DNA from: a virus
Length of the DNA stretch: 64,000 nt
Strand: one strand, 5' to 3'
Virus record (IMG/VR): IMGVR_UViG_3300028384_001046
Location: 1-64,000 of that record
The notes under the pieces were generated by a model. The model saw only the letters and a list, made by a program, of their open reading frames with translations, ran no database searches and was not told the origin of the DNA. The stretch's first letter is position 1. The number at the start of each line of letters is the position of its first letter. The position numbers and the translations under genes were made by a program. Shown piece by piece: positions 51,181 through 61,044 of the stretch.

Positions 51181-51963
51181 ATGGCCAACTATAGATCATA
51201 TAAAAAAGTCACAGCGTCCCAGGTTCCTGATGGGTCTATCACCATTGAAAAACTCGCAAATGGTGTTGGACCCTCTTGGTGCGTAAAAACTTTCTATGGT
51301 GATCCAGGAGTTTGTACTCCTGGTTGTTGCTGTAACTGGACAGTACCAGCGGGAGTTGCTAAACTAACTTGGGAACTATGGGGTGCTGGAGGAAACGGAC
51401 ACGGAGCCTGTTCTTGTAGAAGATGCCATCACTATAGAGGTGCTGGTGGAGGTTCTTTCACAACCAAAACAATCGATACTACCCCAGGATGTTCATATAC
51501 AGTATGTGCTGCTGGAGTTTACAGATGTTGTTCACGAGAATGTGTAGGATGTTACGGATGTGCATCGTATGTTAATGGATATAACTTGACTAACTTCTGT
51601 GCAGTTGGTGGTGGTAGAGGAGAGGCTAATACAGATTGGTCCAACCTCTGTCATTCAACAATTGCTTGTTGCGTTCAACCTGGAAGTTATAATAGTGACT
51701 TTGGAATGAATGCACATTGGCCTGGATTCAGTGGTCACTGGAGTTGCCATTGTGGACTATCTGTAACTCAAACTTGTTCTGGTGGTGCTCCATTTATTGG
51801 AGTTGGTAATAAAACGTATTCTTCACACTGCTGGATTCGTTGTGGTTGCTGGTCCTCTCCATATGGTGCAGGTGGACAGGGTGCAATGACTTCATATTGT
51901 GAGAGATGCTGCGGACAAGGTGGTACAGGTGGATCTGGACTTGTAAGACTCACATACATGTAA
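51181..51963 (+). CDS. Gly/Cys-rich putative fibre-tip adhesin, paralog 1 (28 Cys)
   Basis: WTVPAGV..ELWGAGG...GGTGGSGLVRLTY glycine-rich domain. Confidence 0.7.
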   Translation: MANYRSYKKVTASQVPDGSITIEKLANGVGPSWCVKTFYGDPGVCTPGCCCNWTVPAGVAKLTWELWGAGGNGHGACSCRRCHHYRGAGGGSFTTKTIDTTPGCSYTVCAAGVYRCCSRECVGCYGCASYVNGYNLTNFCAVGGGRGEANTDWSNLCHSTIACCVQPGSYNSDFGMNAHWPGFSGHWSCHCGLSVTQTCSGGAPFIGVGNKTYSSHCWIRCGCWSSPYGAGGQGAMTSYCERCCGQGGTGGSGLVRLTYM

Positions 51964-51975
51964 TAGAGGGAATCA

Positions 51976-52770
51976 ATGGCTAGCTATTTAAGTTACAAAA
52001 AAATTCAAGGCGATCAGTTAGAGGATAATATCCTCGACGCTGCTAAGTTCTCCACATCCCCGACTTCCACGTTTGGAGTGAAGTGGATCTACGGGACAAT
52101 GTGTCGTTGTTCTCCTGGTTGTTGTTGTCTTTGGACTGTACCTACTGGAGTTAAGAAACTCTGGATTCAGGCTTGGGGATCTGGTGGTAATGGTGCAGGT
52201 GCATGTTCTTGTAATAGATGCCAACACTATAGAGGTGCAGGCGGTGGATTTTATAATAGTGTCATGATTGATACTGCTTCAGGATGTCAGTATCGTGTCT
52301 GTGCAGGTGGTGTATATCCATGTCTCTCTATAGAATGTTGTGGATGTATTGGTTGTGCATCATATGTTAATGGATATAACTTGAGCAACTTCTGTGCATA
52401 TGGTGGTTCATGTGGTCACGCTAATAGTAGTTGGTCAACCTCATGTAACGCAACTTGGCATTGCTGTGTAGCACCAACATCTAATGGTGGTCAGTTTGGT
52501 ATGGGTAATCTGCGTGACAGTTGGACCAATGGTGGATATTCCACTAACCGTGGCTGGTGTCACTGCTATGTTCAGATGACTAACCCAACTGCCGCTCCAT
52601 TTATTGGAACAGAAGTTATTCAATCTATTCGTGAGTGCTGGATTCGTTGTGGTTGCTGGATCGTTCCTTATGGTAATGGTGGACAAAATGCAATGACTAC
52701 CTATTGCGGACGTTGCTGTGGTCAAGGTGGTACTGGCGGTGGCGGTCTCGTCAAAATTACGTACTTCTGA
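51976..52770 (+). CDS. Gly/Cys-rich putative fibre-tip adhesin, paralog 2 (28 Cys)
   Basis: Colinear with paralogs 1 and 3. Confidence 0.7.
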   Translation: MASYLSYKKIQGDQLEDNILDAAKFSTSPTSTFGVKWIYGTMCRCSPGCCCLWTVPTGVKKLWIQAWGSGGNGAGACSCNRCQHYRGAGGGFYNSVMIDTASGCQYRVCAGGVYPCLSIECCGCIGCASYVNGYNLSNFCAYGGSCGHANSSWSTSCNATWHCCVAPTSNGGQFGMGNLRDSWTNGGYSTNRGWCHCYVQMTNPTAAPFIGTEVIQSIRECWIRCGCWIVPYGNGGQNAMTTYCGRCCGQGGTGGGGLVKITYF

Positions 52771-52796
52771 TAAATAACTATTAAATAGGACTCCTA

Positions 52797-53594
52797 ATGG
52801 CTAATTACGCTTCTTATAAACAGATTAGTAACTCCCAAATCGTTGATGGGTCTATTACAAACACCCAGTTAGTACAGGGCGCTTTCTCGAACTGGAACGT
52901 CAAATGGATCTATGGTGATGCACAGGCAATGACATCTGGTTGTTGCTGTAATTGGACAGTACCCACTGGAGTCCAAAGGGTTTATTGGGAGCTCTGGGGT
53001 GCTGGAGGAAACGGACACGGAACGTGTTCTTGTAATAGATGTTATAACTGGCATGGTGCTGGTGGAGGATACTATAACTCAAAATCAATGGGTGTCAGTG
53101 CTGGAGACAGTTACACTGTTTGTGCTGCTGGTGTTTATCGTTGTTGTTCCAGAGATTGTGTTGGATGTAGAGGATGTAGTTCCTATGTAAACGGAACTGG
53201 ACTATCTAACTTCTGTGCTGCTGGTGGAACAAGAGGTTGTGCAACTAACTCTTGGAGTACTACTTGTTTCTCTGCATTCCAAGATTGCTGCGTTCAACCA
53301 GGAGCATGGGGTGGAGACTTTGCAATGGGTAACCACGCTGGTGGTACTAGAAAAGGATATGGTGGTGGTGGTTGGAACTGTCACTGTTACTATAACGAAA
53401 GTAGACCCACTGGTGCTCCATTCATGGGTACTATGGGTGTCAACTCTGCTGTTAGACACTGTTGGGTTCGTTGTGGTTGCTGGAGAGTTCCTTATGCACA
53501 TGGTGGTCAGGGCGCAGTTACATCTTACTGTGAGAGATGTTGCGGACAAGGTGGAACAGGTGGTAGTGGTGTTGTTAAAATCAGCTACATGTGA
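52797..53594 (+). CDS. Gly/Cys-rich putative fibre-tip adhesin, paralog 3 (25 Cys)
   Basis: Colinear with paralogs 1 and 2. Confidence 0.7.
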   Translation: MANYASYKQISNSQIVDGSITNTQLVQGAFSNWNVKWIYGDAQAMTSGCCCNWTVPTGVQRVYWELWGAGGNGHGTCSCNRCYNWHGAGGGYYNSKSMGVSAGDSYTVCAAGVYRCCSRDCVGCRGCSSYVNGTGLSNFCAAGGTRGCATNSWSTTCFSAFQDCCVQPGAWGGDFAMGNHAGGTRKGYGGGGWNCHCYYNESRPTGAPFMGTMGVNSAVRHCWVRCGCWRVPYAHGGQGAVTSYCERCCGQGGTGGSGVVKISYM

Positions 53595-53613
53595 TCCATC
53601 ATTAGTATTATTC

Positions 53614-53636
53614 AGACCCCGAAAGGGGTTTTTTTT
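53614..53636 (+). terminator. Intrinsic terminator
   Basis: GACCCC-GAAA-GGGGTT hairpin + T-run. Confidence 0.85.
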
Positions 53637-53645
53637 ATGTTTTTT

Positions 53646-53653
53646 TATAAATA
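53646..53653 (+). promoter_or_regulatory. T4-type late promoter
   Basis: Exact TATAAATA. Confidence 0.8.
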
Positions 53654-53690
53654 ATCGAGAAGGACGTTAACCTGAAAAAATTTAACCACC

Positions 53691-54467
53691 ATGGCAACAG
53701 AAATTATTTCTCACGCTTGGAACATGCCAGTTCCAAATGACTTCCTAAGAGATCACTCTTTTAGTGAAGGTAGAACAAGAGCCGTCAGTTATGACGGACC
53801 AGATAAGATTTGGCTTCAAATCGGTGCAGATGGTACTGAACTGTATGGTCCACTGACTGAAGATGATATGGCTGATGGGCGCCCAGTCCCAGCTGATGTT
53901 ACTCAGATGTTTGAAGTAAACTGTACTGAGTATCCTCTCATCTGTCAGTTAAGAGCACCAGTTATCAACGAAAGACAAGAAGATAGAAGTGTAGATGATG
54001 AAATTCGTCATCCAGATTGTCCTGATATGACTGCCCAAGGTTACAGGACCTTTACTTACAATGAAACTCTTTTTGTGGAAGACATCTATGACGCTTCAAC
54101 TGTCAGAGTTGTTGATGGAGTTCCAACAGTTCATGCCTTTACCGTTAATGAAAAACTGATTGGTAGAGCAGATGATTTAACTTGGGATGATATCAGATCT
54201 CATAGAAACGCTCTTCTAGATGGTAGTGATCAATCTATTGCAGAGGACATGCCTGAAGATATGAAGAATAGTTGGAAAGCATATCGCCAAAAGTTGAGAG
54301 ATCTCCCTGCAGAGCTTGAGGCTGCTGGAGTTAGTCCAAATATTGCATACTATATGTTCCCACAACAGCCATTCTTTACTACTCCACCTTCTGATCCAGA
54401 ACCACCTGCAGATGCAACTGCAGGTTGGGCTCCACCAGAAAGTGGTGTTATGAATGGGGTTTCCTGA
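53691..54467 (+). CDS. Phage tail fibre assembly chaperone-like protein
   Basis: WDDIRSHRNALLDGSD...WKAYRQKLRDLP motif. Confidence 0.8.
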   Translation: MATEIISHAWNMPVPNDFLRDHSFSEGRTRAVSYDGPDKIWLQIGADGTELYGPLTEDDMADGRPVPADVTQMFEVNCTEYPLICQLRAPVINERQEDRSVDDEIRHPDCPDMTAQGYRTFTYNETLFVEDIYDASTVRVVDGVPTVHAFTVNEKLIGRADDLTWDDIRSHRNALLDGSDQSIAEDMPEDMKNSWKAYRQKLRDLPAELEAAGVSPNIAYYMFPQQPFFTTPPSDPEPPADATAGWAPPESGVMNGVS

Positions 54468-54487
54468 ATCTGATATATAATATGATT

Positions 54488-54511
54488 AGGGGGATATAAT
54501 CCCCCTTTTTT
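54488..54511 (+). terminator. Intrinsic terminator
   Basis: AGGGGGAT/ATCCCCCT stem + T-run. Confidence 0.75.
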
Positions 54512-54524
54512 AATGGGAGGAATT

Positions 54525-55157
54525 ATGTTTGAACTGAATGAATCTCGTAAAACAACAGTAAAAAAAGTCTACGATCATGCTAAAAATGAACTGGGACATG
54601 TATGGAGGTATGTAATTACTGTAGATGATTTTTATAAAAACCCAGATGAAGTGAGGGAGTTTGCTTTAAATTGTACCCCCAAAAAAGATAAAAAGTATAC
54701 TGGCAATCTTATTGGGTCTAGAGTTGTTGAAGATGTAAATGGTTTTGATCAGAATTTAAGACAAGTTTTTGAAAAAGCATGTCAATTTGATTTTTGGAAT
54801 CCAGAGTTCGATGAAACTTTTTGGAGAGACACAAAATTTATGGTAAATGTCACCACCTCAGATGATATTGAAACCAGATTTAATGAGAGAAAACACACTT
54901 ATACATTCCATAAAGACTCCACCAGTTATAAGTGGGCATCATTAATCTATCTCAATAAAGAAGAGGAGTGTGATGGTGGAACCAACTTTTATGCGTGGAT
55001 GCCAGAAGATCCTTGCGCTACACCTAGATTGGAATATAGTATAGAAATGAAGTATAATAGAATGGTTTTATATGAGTGTGATCATATGCATGGAGCTGTC
55101 CTAAAAAAAGGTATGTTCAGTGATTTCCCGAGACTAACACAAGTGTTATTCATGTAA
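54525..55157 (+). CDS. DUF6445-like 2OG-Fe(II) oxygenase
   Basis: VDDFYKNPDEVR, HKD, IYLN..GGT, MKYNRMVLY..H, RLTQ; GGAGG RBS before ATG 54525. Confidence 0.75.
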   Translation: MFELNESRKTTVKKVYDHAKNELGHVWRYVITVDDFYKNPDEVREFALNCTPKKDKKYTGNLIGSRVVEDVNGFDQNLRQVFEKACQFDFWNPEFDETFWRDTKFMVNVTTSDDIETRFNERKHTYTFHKDSTSYKWASLIYLNKEEECDGGTNFYAWMPEDPCATPRLEYSIEMKYNRMVLYECDHMHGAVLKKGMFSDFPRLTQVLFM

Positions 55158-55217
55158 TTTTGGTGTACTAAATAAATCAGAATAGATCATTCTTTATCAT
55201 CCCGTTTGGAGTTGTAT

Positions 55218-56372
55218 ATGAGACCCAAGGCATTTTTTATTAATGGAGGAGCTGGCAGAGTACTTTGCTCCATCCCTGCATTTGAAAAATATGCAGAAGA
55301 ACATGATGATTTTATCATTGTTGCTGAAGGAGGCACTGACTTTTTTAAGGGTCATCCCACCTTAGATGGTAAAGTCTATGATGTTTGGCACAAGAATTTG
55401 TTCCAAGAACATCTGAAACACAGAGATTGTGTTTCTCCAGAACCATACAGAATGTGGCATTACTACAACCAGAAGTGTAGTTTGACACAGGCTTTTGATA
55501 TGGAAATCAACGGTCTAGAAGAACCTAGAGAACTTCCCAAACCAACTCTCAACCTCACTAAGATGGAGGTTATTGCTGGTTACAATATGGTTCAGGAAGT
55601 AAAAGCAGTAACTGGTAAAGATAAAGTAGTTGTTATCCAACCCTTCGGTAGAGGTGTCGAACAAGTAGGTGACTTTATTGCAGACGCTTCTTCTAGAAGC
55701 ATGTCTCTAGTAAACACTGTAGACATCATCAATGACCTTAAAAAGGATTATGGTGTCATTGTCATGTCCGAAATTCAATTCCCTGTAGAAGAAAACGAAG
55801 ATAAGTCTAAGTATAAAATTGCAAGACCCCAGATTGAAGACATTCGAGTTTGGGCATCTGTAATTGATGTTGCAGACCACTTCCTAGGTGTGGATAGTAT
55901 TGGTCAACATATCTGTAAGGCTTTAGATAAAAAGGCAACCGTTGTAATCGGATCCACATATCCAGTCAATATTTCTTATCCAGAAGATAAGAACTTTGAT
56001 ATCATTGATATTGGTTTGGATAAGAGAAAATATTCTCCCATTAGATTGACAATGGATGAAGCTGTTGATCGTTATAATGATCAATCAATGGAAATGTCTA
56101 AAGATGATATTAGTAAAGTTCTAAGTTCTGTTAGAAAAGCTATGGGTAAACCCGCTACTTTTAAGGGAACTTACACTCCTGTTCAACAACAGCAAGATTG
56201 TCCTACATGCCCACCAGGAACTAAGACAACTCCCGCCGTTGCACCAGGAAGCGCTGCAATGATGCCGCAACAACAATGGAATCAACCACCAGTTATCGCG
56301 GAGAAACCCAAAAAACCAAAAGTAGGATTCAAACAGGAAGTAAAGAATCTCTTAAAGACTGAAACTAAGTGA
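55218..56372 (+). CDS. GT9-like (ADP-heptose heptosyltransferase-like) glycosyltransferase
   Basis: NGGAGRVLCSIPA, VVIQPFG, ADHFLGVDSIGQHICKAL...VVIGST match RfaC/RfaF-type motifs. Confidence 0.7.
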   Translation: MRPKAFFINGGAGRVLCSIPAFEKYAEEHDDFIIVAEGGTDFFKGHPTLDGKVYDVWHKNLFQEHLKHRDCVSPEPYRMWHYYNQKCSLTQAFDMEINGLEEPRELPKPTLNLTKMEVIAGYNMVQEVKAVTGKDKVVVIQPFGRGVEQVGDFIADASSRSMSLVNTVDIINDLKKDYGVIVMSEIQFPVEENEDKSKYKIARPQIEDIRVWASVIDVADHFLGVDSIGQHICKALDKKATVVIGSTYPVNISYPEDKNFDIIDIGLDKRKYSPIRLTMDEAVDRYNDQSMEMSKDDISKVLSSVRKAMGKPATFKGTYTPVQQQQDCPTCPPGTKTTPAVAPGSAAMMPQQQWNQPPVIAEKPKKPKVGFKQEVKNLLKTETK

Positions 56373-56381
56373 GGTATTTAA

Positions 56382-58178
56382 ATGTCACAATGGATTGCGG
56401 CTATTGCCCGAGGACATAACTCGGGTCTTTGTCTCCTGAAAGATGGAGAAATTGTATTATCGATTGAGGAAGAAAGACTTTCTAGGAACAAGTATGATGG
56501 TGGTCCATATGCTTGTATGACCAGAATCCTGGATTTTACTGACAAACTAGACTATCTTGTTATTGCACATACCCAACCACTAAGTGAGGCTGGTCATTGT
56601 GATTTTAGTGGAGATCCAATCTATGTTGCATTAGCAAGAAAGTTGGGGTTGATTGATAGACATGCAAACCCACATGAACATCCACAAGTTATTGACCTAA
56701 GTTCTACTCATCATAAACTTCATGCAGCATGTGCATTTTATAGATCAGGTTTTGATCGCGCTGCTGCAGTTGTTGTTGATGGTGCAGGCACTTTTATTCC
56801 CATGAATATTAATGGGGAAAATGAAATGACATGGGAACTAGAGTCCATGTTTAATTGTGAGTATCCATCCGAATTTAAAACTGTCTACAAGCACCAAGGT
56901 GGAAGAGGTCCATGGGGATCTATTAGATTTGAAGAGTTTAGTAGTGAGAGAGAAGGTGAAGAAGGCACTCATGAGATGATTCTTGATGAGAGCGCTGGCA
57001 TTACCAAAGCGTATGAAGCGGTAACTCAATATTGTGGTTGGGCACCTATCGAAGCTGGTAAGACTATGGGTTTATTCCCATATGGAAAACCCAACGATCA
57101 TATTCCAGATGTATATACCGATTATAATGGTACTGCAACATGGAAAACATCTAATAGGGACCTTATTGTACCAACCTATCCTAACGGTGCCGTAGTCAAC
57201 CAGGGGCGGTTTAAGTTCCTTCAGACTGACTATGACTATGAAGGAGATAAGACCCTCTTAGAGAACCGTAGAGACATGGCATACGCCATTCAAGTAGAGT
57301 CTCAGCAAATGGTTTTGGATCTTATTCGTAAAGTTGTAGATATGACTGGTCAAACTAATGTTGTATTGACTGGTGGATATGCATTAAATTGTGTTGCTAA
57401 CTATTGGTATCTTGAACAACTCAAAGATGAAGGTATTAACTTATTCGTAGAACCAGTAAGTAATGATGCTGGTACTGCAATTGGAGCAGCACTCCTTCAA
57501 TATCATAGAGTAACGAAAGATGCACAAGTCCGTGAACCACTAAAAACCCTTTATACTGGATTTGAATACATGTATGCAACCGATGAAATTGTAGATACTG
57601 CAGATAAGTATGAGTCTACGAGAGTCTTTGAAGCTACAAACAAAGATGTAATTGATCTAATTACCAACAAAAATATTGTTGCTGTTTTCCAAGGTAGATC
57701 TGAAGCTGGTCCTAGAGCACTGGGCAATCGTTCTATTCTATATGATCCTCGCGATCCTGATGGAAAAGACTTTGTTAATAAGGTAAAACGTCGTGAATAT
57801 TTCCGACCATTCGCTGGGTCAATTCTAAAAGAACATGTTCATGAATGGTTTGATCTTCGTGGCATGGATGAAACTCCATTTATGATGTATGCTGTTAAGT
57901 GTAAGGAGGGTATTGAGGAAAAAATTCCTGCAATTATTCACGTTGATGGAACTTGTAGAATCCAAACAGTCACTGAAGAACAGAACAAAAATTATCATGA
58001 TCTGATTAGAGAGTTCTATGAAGCTACTGGTTGTCCTATTGTCTTCAACACTTCTTTTAATCTGGGTGGCGAGCCTCTCGTTGAAACACTTGATGACGCT
58101 TGCAGAACCCTCGCTAACTCTGATATTGAATACCTGTACTTGCCCGAATATGGTTTGATGATTGAGGTTAAAAACTAA
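56382..58178 (+). CDS. O-carbamoyltransferase (NodU/CmcH/TobZ family), full length
   Basis: GHNS, EEERLSR.KYD, HHKLHA, VVDGAG, GKTMGL.PYG, GGYALNC, DAGTAIG, EAGPRALGNRS, KRREYFRPFA, HVDGTCR.Q, NTSFN. Confidence 0.92.
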   Translation: MSQWIAAIARGHNSGLCLLKDGEIVLSIEEERLSRNKYDGGPYACMTRILDFTDKLDYLVIAHTQPLSEAGHCDFSGDPIYVALARKLGLIDRHANPHEHPQVIDLSSTHHKLHAACAFYRSGFDRAAAVVVDGAGTFIPMNINGENEMTWELESMFNCEYPSEFKTVYKHQGGRGPWGSIRFEEFSSEREGEEGTHEMILDESAGITKAYEAVTQYCGWAPIEAGKTMGLFPYGKPNDHIPDVYTDYNGTATWKTSNRDLIVPTYPNGAVVNQGRFKFLQTDYDYEGDKTLLENRRDMAYAIQVESQQMVLDLIRKVVDMTGQTNVVLTGGYALNCVANYWYLEQLKDEGINLFVEPVSNDAGTAIGAALLQYHRVTKDAQVREPLKTLYTGFEYMYATDEIVDTADKYESTRVFEATNKDVIDLITNKNIVAVFQGRSEAGPRALGNRSILYDPRDPDGKDFVNKVKRREYFRPFAGSILKEHVHEWFDLRGMDETPFMMYAVKCKEGIEEKIPAIIHVDGTCRIQTVTEEQNKNYHDLIREFYEATGCPIVFNTSFNLGGEPLVETLDDACRTLANSDIEYLYLPEYGLMIEVKN

Positions 58179-58585
58179 TGAAGACAGTTTTTGTTAATGG
58201 TACATTTGATATCCTTCATCCAGGACACATTGAATTATTTCGAGTAGCAAAGTCTCTTGGTGATCGTGTAGTCGTCGCTACTGATAGTGATGCTAAGATC
58301 AAAAAAGACAAGGGACCAACTAAACCGATTAATGATTTGTGTTATCGAGTATCAATGCTTAAGTCAATTAAGTATATTGATGTTGTTCATTATTTCCATG
58401 ACAGATCTGGTTTGGAGAGTTTAATTAGGCTCTATAGACCAGATATTCTCCTTTTGGGGGGTGATTGGGAAGGCGGAGATGTTGTCGGTAAAGATCTTGC
58501 CAAAGAAGTTAGATTTCTTCCAAGAGTAGGAGACTACTCATCTAGTGCTGTTATTAATAAAATTCTAACAAATCATTCAACCTGA
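58178..58585 (+). CDS. Heptose-1-phosphate nucleotidyltransferase (HldE domain II/HldC-like)
   Basis: NGTFDILHPGH (HxGH), DSD..IK..KG..KPIN...R, GGDW, YSSS. Confidence 0.85.
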   Translation: MKTVFVNGTFDILHPGHIELFRVAKSLGDRVVVATDSDAKIKKDKGPTKPINDLCYRVSMLKSIKYIDVVHYFHDRSGLESLIRLYRPDILLLGGDWEGGDVVGKDLAKEVRFLPRVGDYSSSAVINKILTNHST

Positions 58586-59370
58586 TGAATTATAATATAT
58601 TAGTTATTGGCGACTCCTGTGAAGATGAATATATCTATGGAGATTGTTCTAGATTAAATCCAGAGGGACCCATTCCCGTTCTTGATAAAACTTCTACAGA
58701 AGTCAAGGCAGGAATGGCAGCAAATGTTAATGCAAACTTGAAGTCACTTGGAATTAAAACTAATCTAATTACTCAAAAAGAGACAATCAAAAAAACAAGA
58801 TTTGTTGATAGAAAGAGTAATTATCAATTACTTAGAGTTGATTCTACACCTGAGGTGACTCCTTTAAGCGCTCCTCAGGTCAAGATGGCATTCATGCACA
58901 GTCGATATGATGCATTAGTAATATCCGATTATAATAAGGGGTTTCTTACAATCCAATCAATGCAGACTATTTGTACGTATTTTAGGGGTCCTATTTTCAT
59001 TGACACTAAAAAGACTAAGTTATTCCAACAATCTAATGTTTTTTACAAAATAAACAAGAAGGAATATGATCTACTTGATAGGGAATATATGCCCAGTGAT
59101 ACTAATCTAATCGTCACTTTGGGAGCAAACGGATGCAAATGGAGTGGTATCCATTTTCAACCAAGAACTGTCAATGTATTTGACGTATGCGGAGCTGGTG
59201 ATACCTTTCTCGCGGCATTAGTTTCTGAGTTTCTTGTTACAAAAGATATGCAAAGGTCTATTGATCTTGCAAATAGAGCAGCTTCTATCTCTGTAGAAAA
59301 CCCAGGAACATATCAACTAACTAGATCTGATATTGAGAGGATTTATAATGAGCGAATTCAAACAACCTAA
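58585..59370 (+). CDS. PfkB-family heptose-7-phosphate kinase (HldE domain I/HldA-like)
   Basis: VIGDSCEDEYIYG...RLNPEGPIPV, GMAANV, KTRF, SDYNKG, DVCGAGDTF. Confidence 0.85.
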   Translation: MNYNILVIGDSCEDEYIYGDCSRLNPEGPIPVLDKTSTEVKAGMAANVNANLKSLGIKTNLITQKETIKKTRFVDRKSNYQLLRVDSTPEVTPLSAPQVKMAFMHSRYDALVISDYNKGFLTIQSMQTICTYFRGPIFIDTKKTKLFQQSNVFYKINKKEYDLLDREYMPSDTNLIVTLGANGCKWSGIHFQPRTVNVFDVCGAGDTFLAALVSEFLVTKDMQRSIDLANRAASISVENPGTYQLTRSDIERIYNERIQTT

Positions 59371-59893
59371 TCCAATATTTTGGATGCCTTTCTTTATCGA
59401 ACCAATCGATGTCGATAAATTAGAATTTAAAGAGGAACCAAACTATAAACCAACGTTTATTTCAAGAACTCCAACTACAATGGAGGAGGATTGTCTCACT
59501 GATGAATCATACAATTATCTTGGTAGATTGATTTGGGAATGTATTGGTCAATATACAGAAAAACCTTTTTTCATTGGTTCTGTTTGGCGTAATAAGTATG
59601 GAAAGACTGATTGGCAAGATCCACATATTCATTCTGGAGCTCAATGGAGTTTTGTAATTTACGTGGATGTTGAAGAGTCCAAGACAGTTTTTCTTTCTCC
59701 AAGCAGACACGATCAGATGAATCAATGGGGATATTTGGGTAACGCATTTCCTATTGATTATTCACCTAAAGTTTCTCCTGGAAATATTATAATTTTCCCA
59801 TCATTCATCGAACACTTTGTTCCCCCTGGAAATGAAGGTATAACTATATCAGGTAACATTTATTATGATCAACCCCCTGGAGGACCATGCTAA
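59348..59893 (+). CDS. 2OG-Fe(II) oxygenase (TIGR02466-like)
   Basis: WQDPHIH, WSFVIY, IIFPSFIEHFV, ISGN. Confidence 0.75.
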   Translation: MSEFKQPNPIFWMPFFIEPIDVDKLEFKEEPNYKPTFISRTPTTMEEDCLTDESYNYLGRLIWECIGQYTEKPFFIGSVWRNKYGKTDWQDPHIHSGAQWSFVIYVDVEESKTVFLSPSRHDQMNQWGYLGNAFPIDYSPKVSPGNIIIFPSFIEHFVPPGNEGITISGNIYYDQPPGGPC

Positions 59894-61044
59894 AAAAACA
59901 AGTAGGGTTTAATCTGACACATGATTCATCGGTATCAGTTTTAGATGAAGATGGTGACATAGAGCTTTTTGTAGAAGAAGAAAGATTAAGCAGAATTAAA
60001 CATGATAGCATTCCATTCAAAGCATGTGATCTTGTTCTTGGTGGACTTACTTTGCAAGAGATTGAAAAATATGAACTGGGTGCAAGTGGATTAATATACA
60101 GAGATGAATATGGAGCAACAAGATTAAATACTTATTATGACCCACTGATTATTAATACTGTTAAATCATTAAAAACTGCCGTACAGGATCGCTCCATTGA
60201 AAACTATGAACTAATAAAGAAAAAATTTGATATATTTTATGAGCATCACTTATTTCATGCTTATTGTGGATTCTATAATTCTGGATTTGATGATGCAGTT
60301 ACAGTTGTAGTTGATGGTATGGGAAATTCTGTAATTGATAATACGGGGTCTTTCAACGAAGATACAAATGAGGTTGCTTCAATATTCGATGCATCTTATC
60401 CAAAGAATATGAATTATTTGGGAGGAATGGCTACACATTCTACTCATAGTCCTTGGGAGAGTCAAAATACAAACCATGATGGTAATTGGACATGTGGAAT
60501 TGGCATGGCATATTCTGCAGTATCTGCTTACATGGGTTTTGGACAACTTGGATCTGGAAAACTAATGGGTCTTGCTCCGTATGGTAAAGAAGATCCAAAT
60601 ATTAGACCTTTTCTTCTTGACAATGGATTTCATGTAAATTCATCTCTTTTTTATAGGACCACAAATGGATGTAATTTTGTTCCATATGATTATTTGCCTC
60701 GATGTGGAGATGGAGAATCTTTCGATATTGAAAATAATTTTGAAAAATTAGCTAATCTTGCTTGGAGGATTCAAGAAGATTTTCAGAAACACATGTTGAA
60801 AATTTTATTGGATGCTCTTAAAATGACAGGACGTAAAAATATTATTTTAACTGGTGGATGTGCTTTAAATTGTGCTGCAAATTACTGGTATTTGGATAAG
60901 TTGCCAAAAGATGTTAAACTATATGTGGAACCCATCAGTACTGATGCTGGAACTAGTCTTGGGATAGCCAAGGCTCAACATTATTCCAAAACTGGTTCCA
61001 TGAAGAAACACCCACTTAAAACCTTATACTTAGGACCCGAATGA
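59887..61044 (+). CDS. Carbamoyltransferase, N-terminal (Kae1-like) domain only
   Basis: HDSS, EEERLSRIKHD, EHHLFHA, VVDGMG, GKLMGLAPYG, GGCALNC, DAGTSLG; ends LYLGPE. Confidence 0.85.
   Translation: MLKKQVGFNLTHDSSVSVLDEDGDIELFVEEERLSRIKHDSIPFKACDLVLGGLTLQEIEKYELGASGLIYRDEYGATRLNTYYDPLIINTVKSLKTAVQDRSIENYELIKKKFDIFYEHHLFHAYCGFYNSGFDDAVTVVVDGMGNSVIDNTGSFNEDTNEVASIFDASYPKNMNYLGGMATHSTHSPWESQNTNHDGNWTCGIGMAYSAVSAYMGFGQLGSGKLMGLAPYGKEDPNIRPFLLDNGFHVNSSLFYRTTNGCNFVPYDYLPRCGDGESFDIENNFEKLANLAWRIQEDFQKHMLKILLDALKMTGRKNIILTGGCALNCAANYWYLDKLPKDVKLYVEPISTDAGTSLGIAKAQHYSKTGSMKKHPLKTLYLGPE

Noticed and set aside
45795-53594. Diversity-generating retroelement (Mtd_N-like gene, paralogous adhesins)
   Set aside because: No reverse transcriptase and no near-identical template/variable repeat pair differing only at adenines.
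51181-53594. Selenoprotein or stop-readthrough fusion of the Cys-rich ORFs
   Set aside because: No internal TGA; each ORF has its own start and ends at the same aligned position.
56382-58178. Carbamoyltransferase as a DNA (5hmC) hypermodification enzyme
   Set aside because: Not excluded, but no dCMP hydroxymethylase or nucleotide-metabolism genes are adjacent; context is sugar and virion genes.
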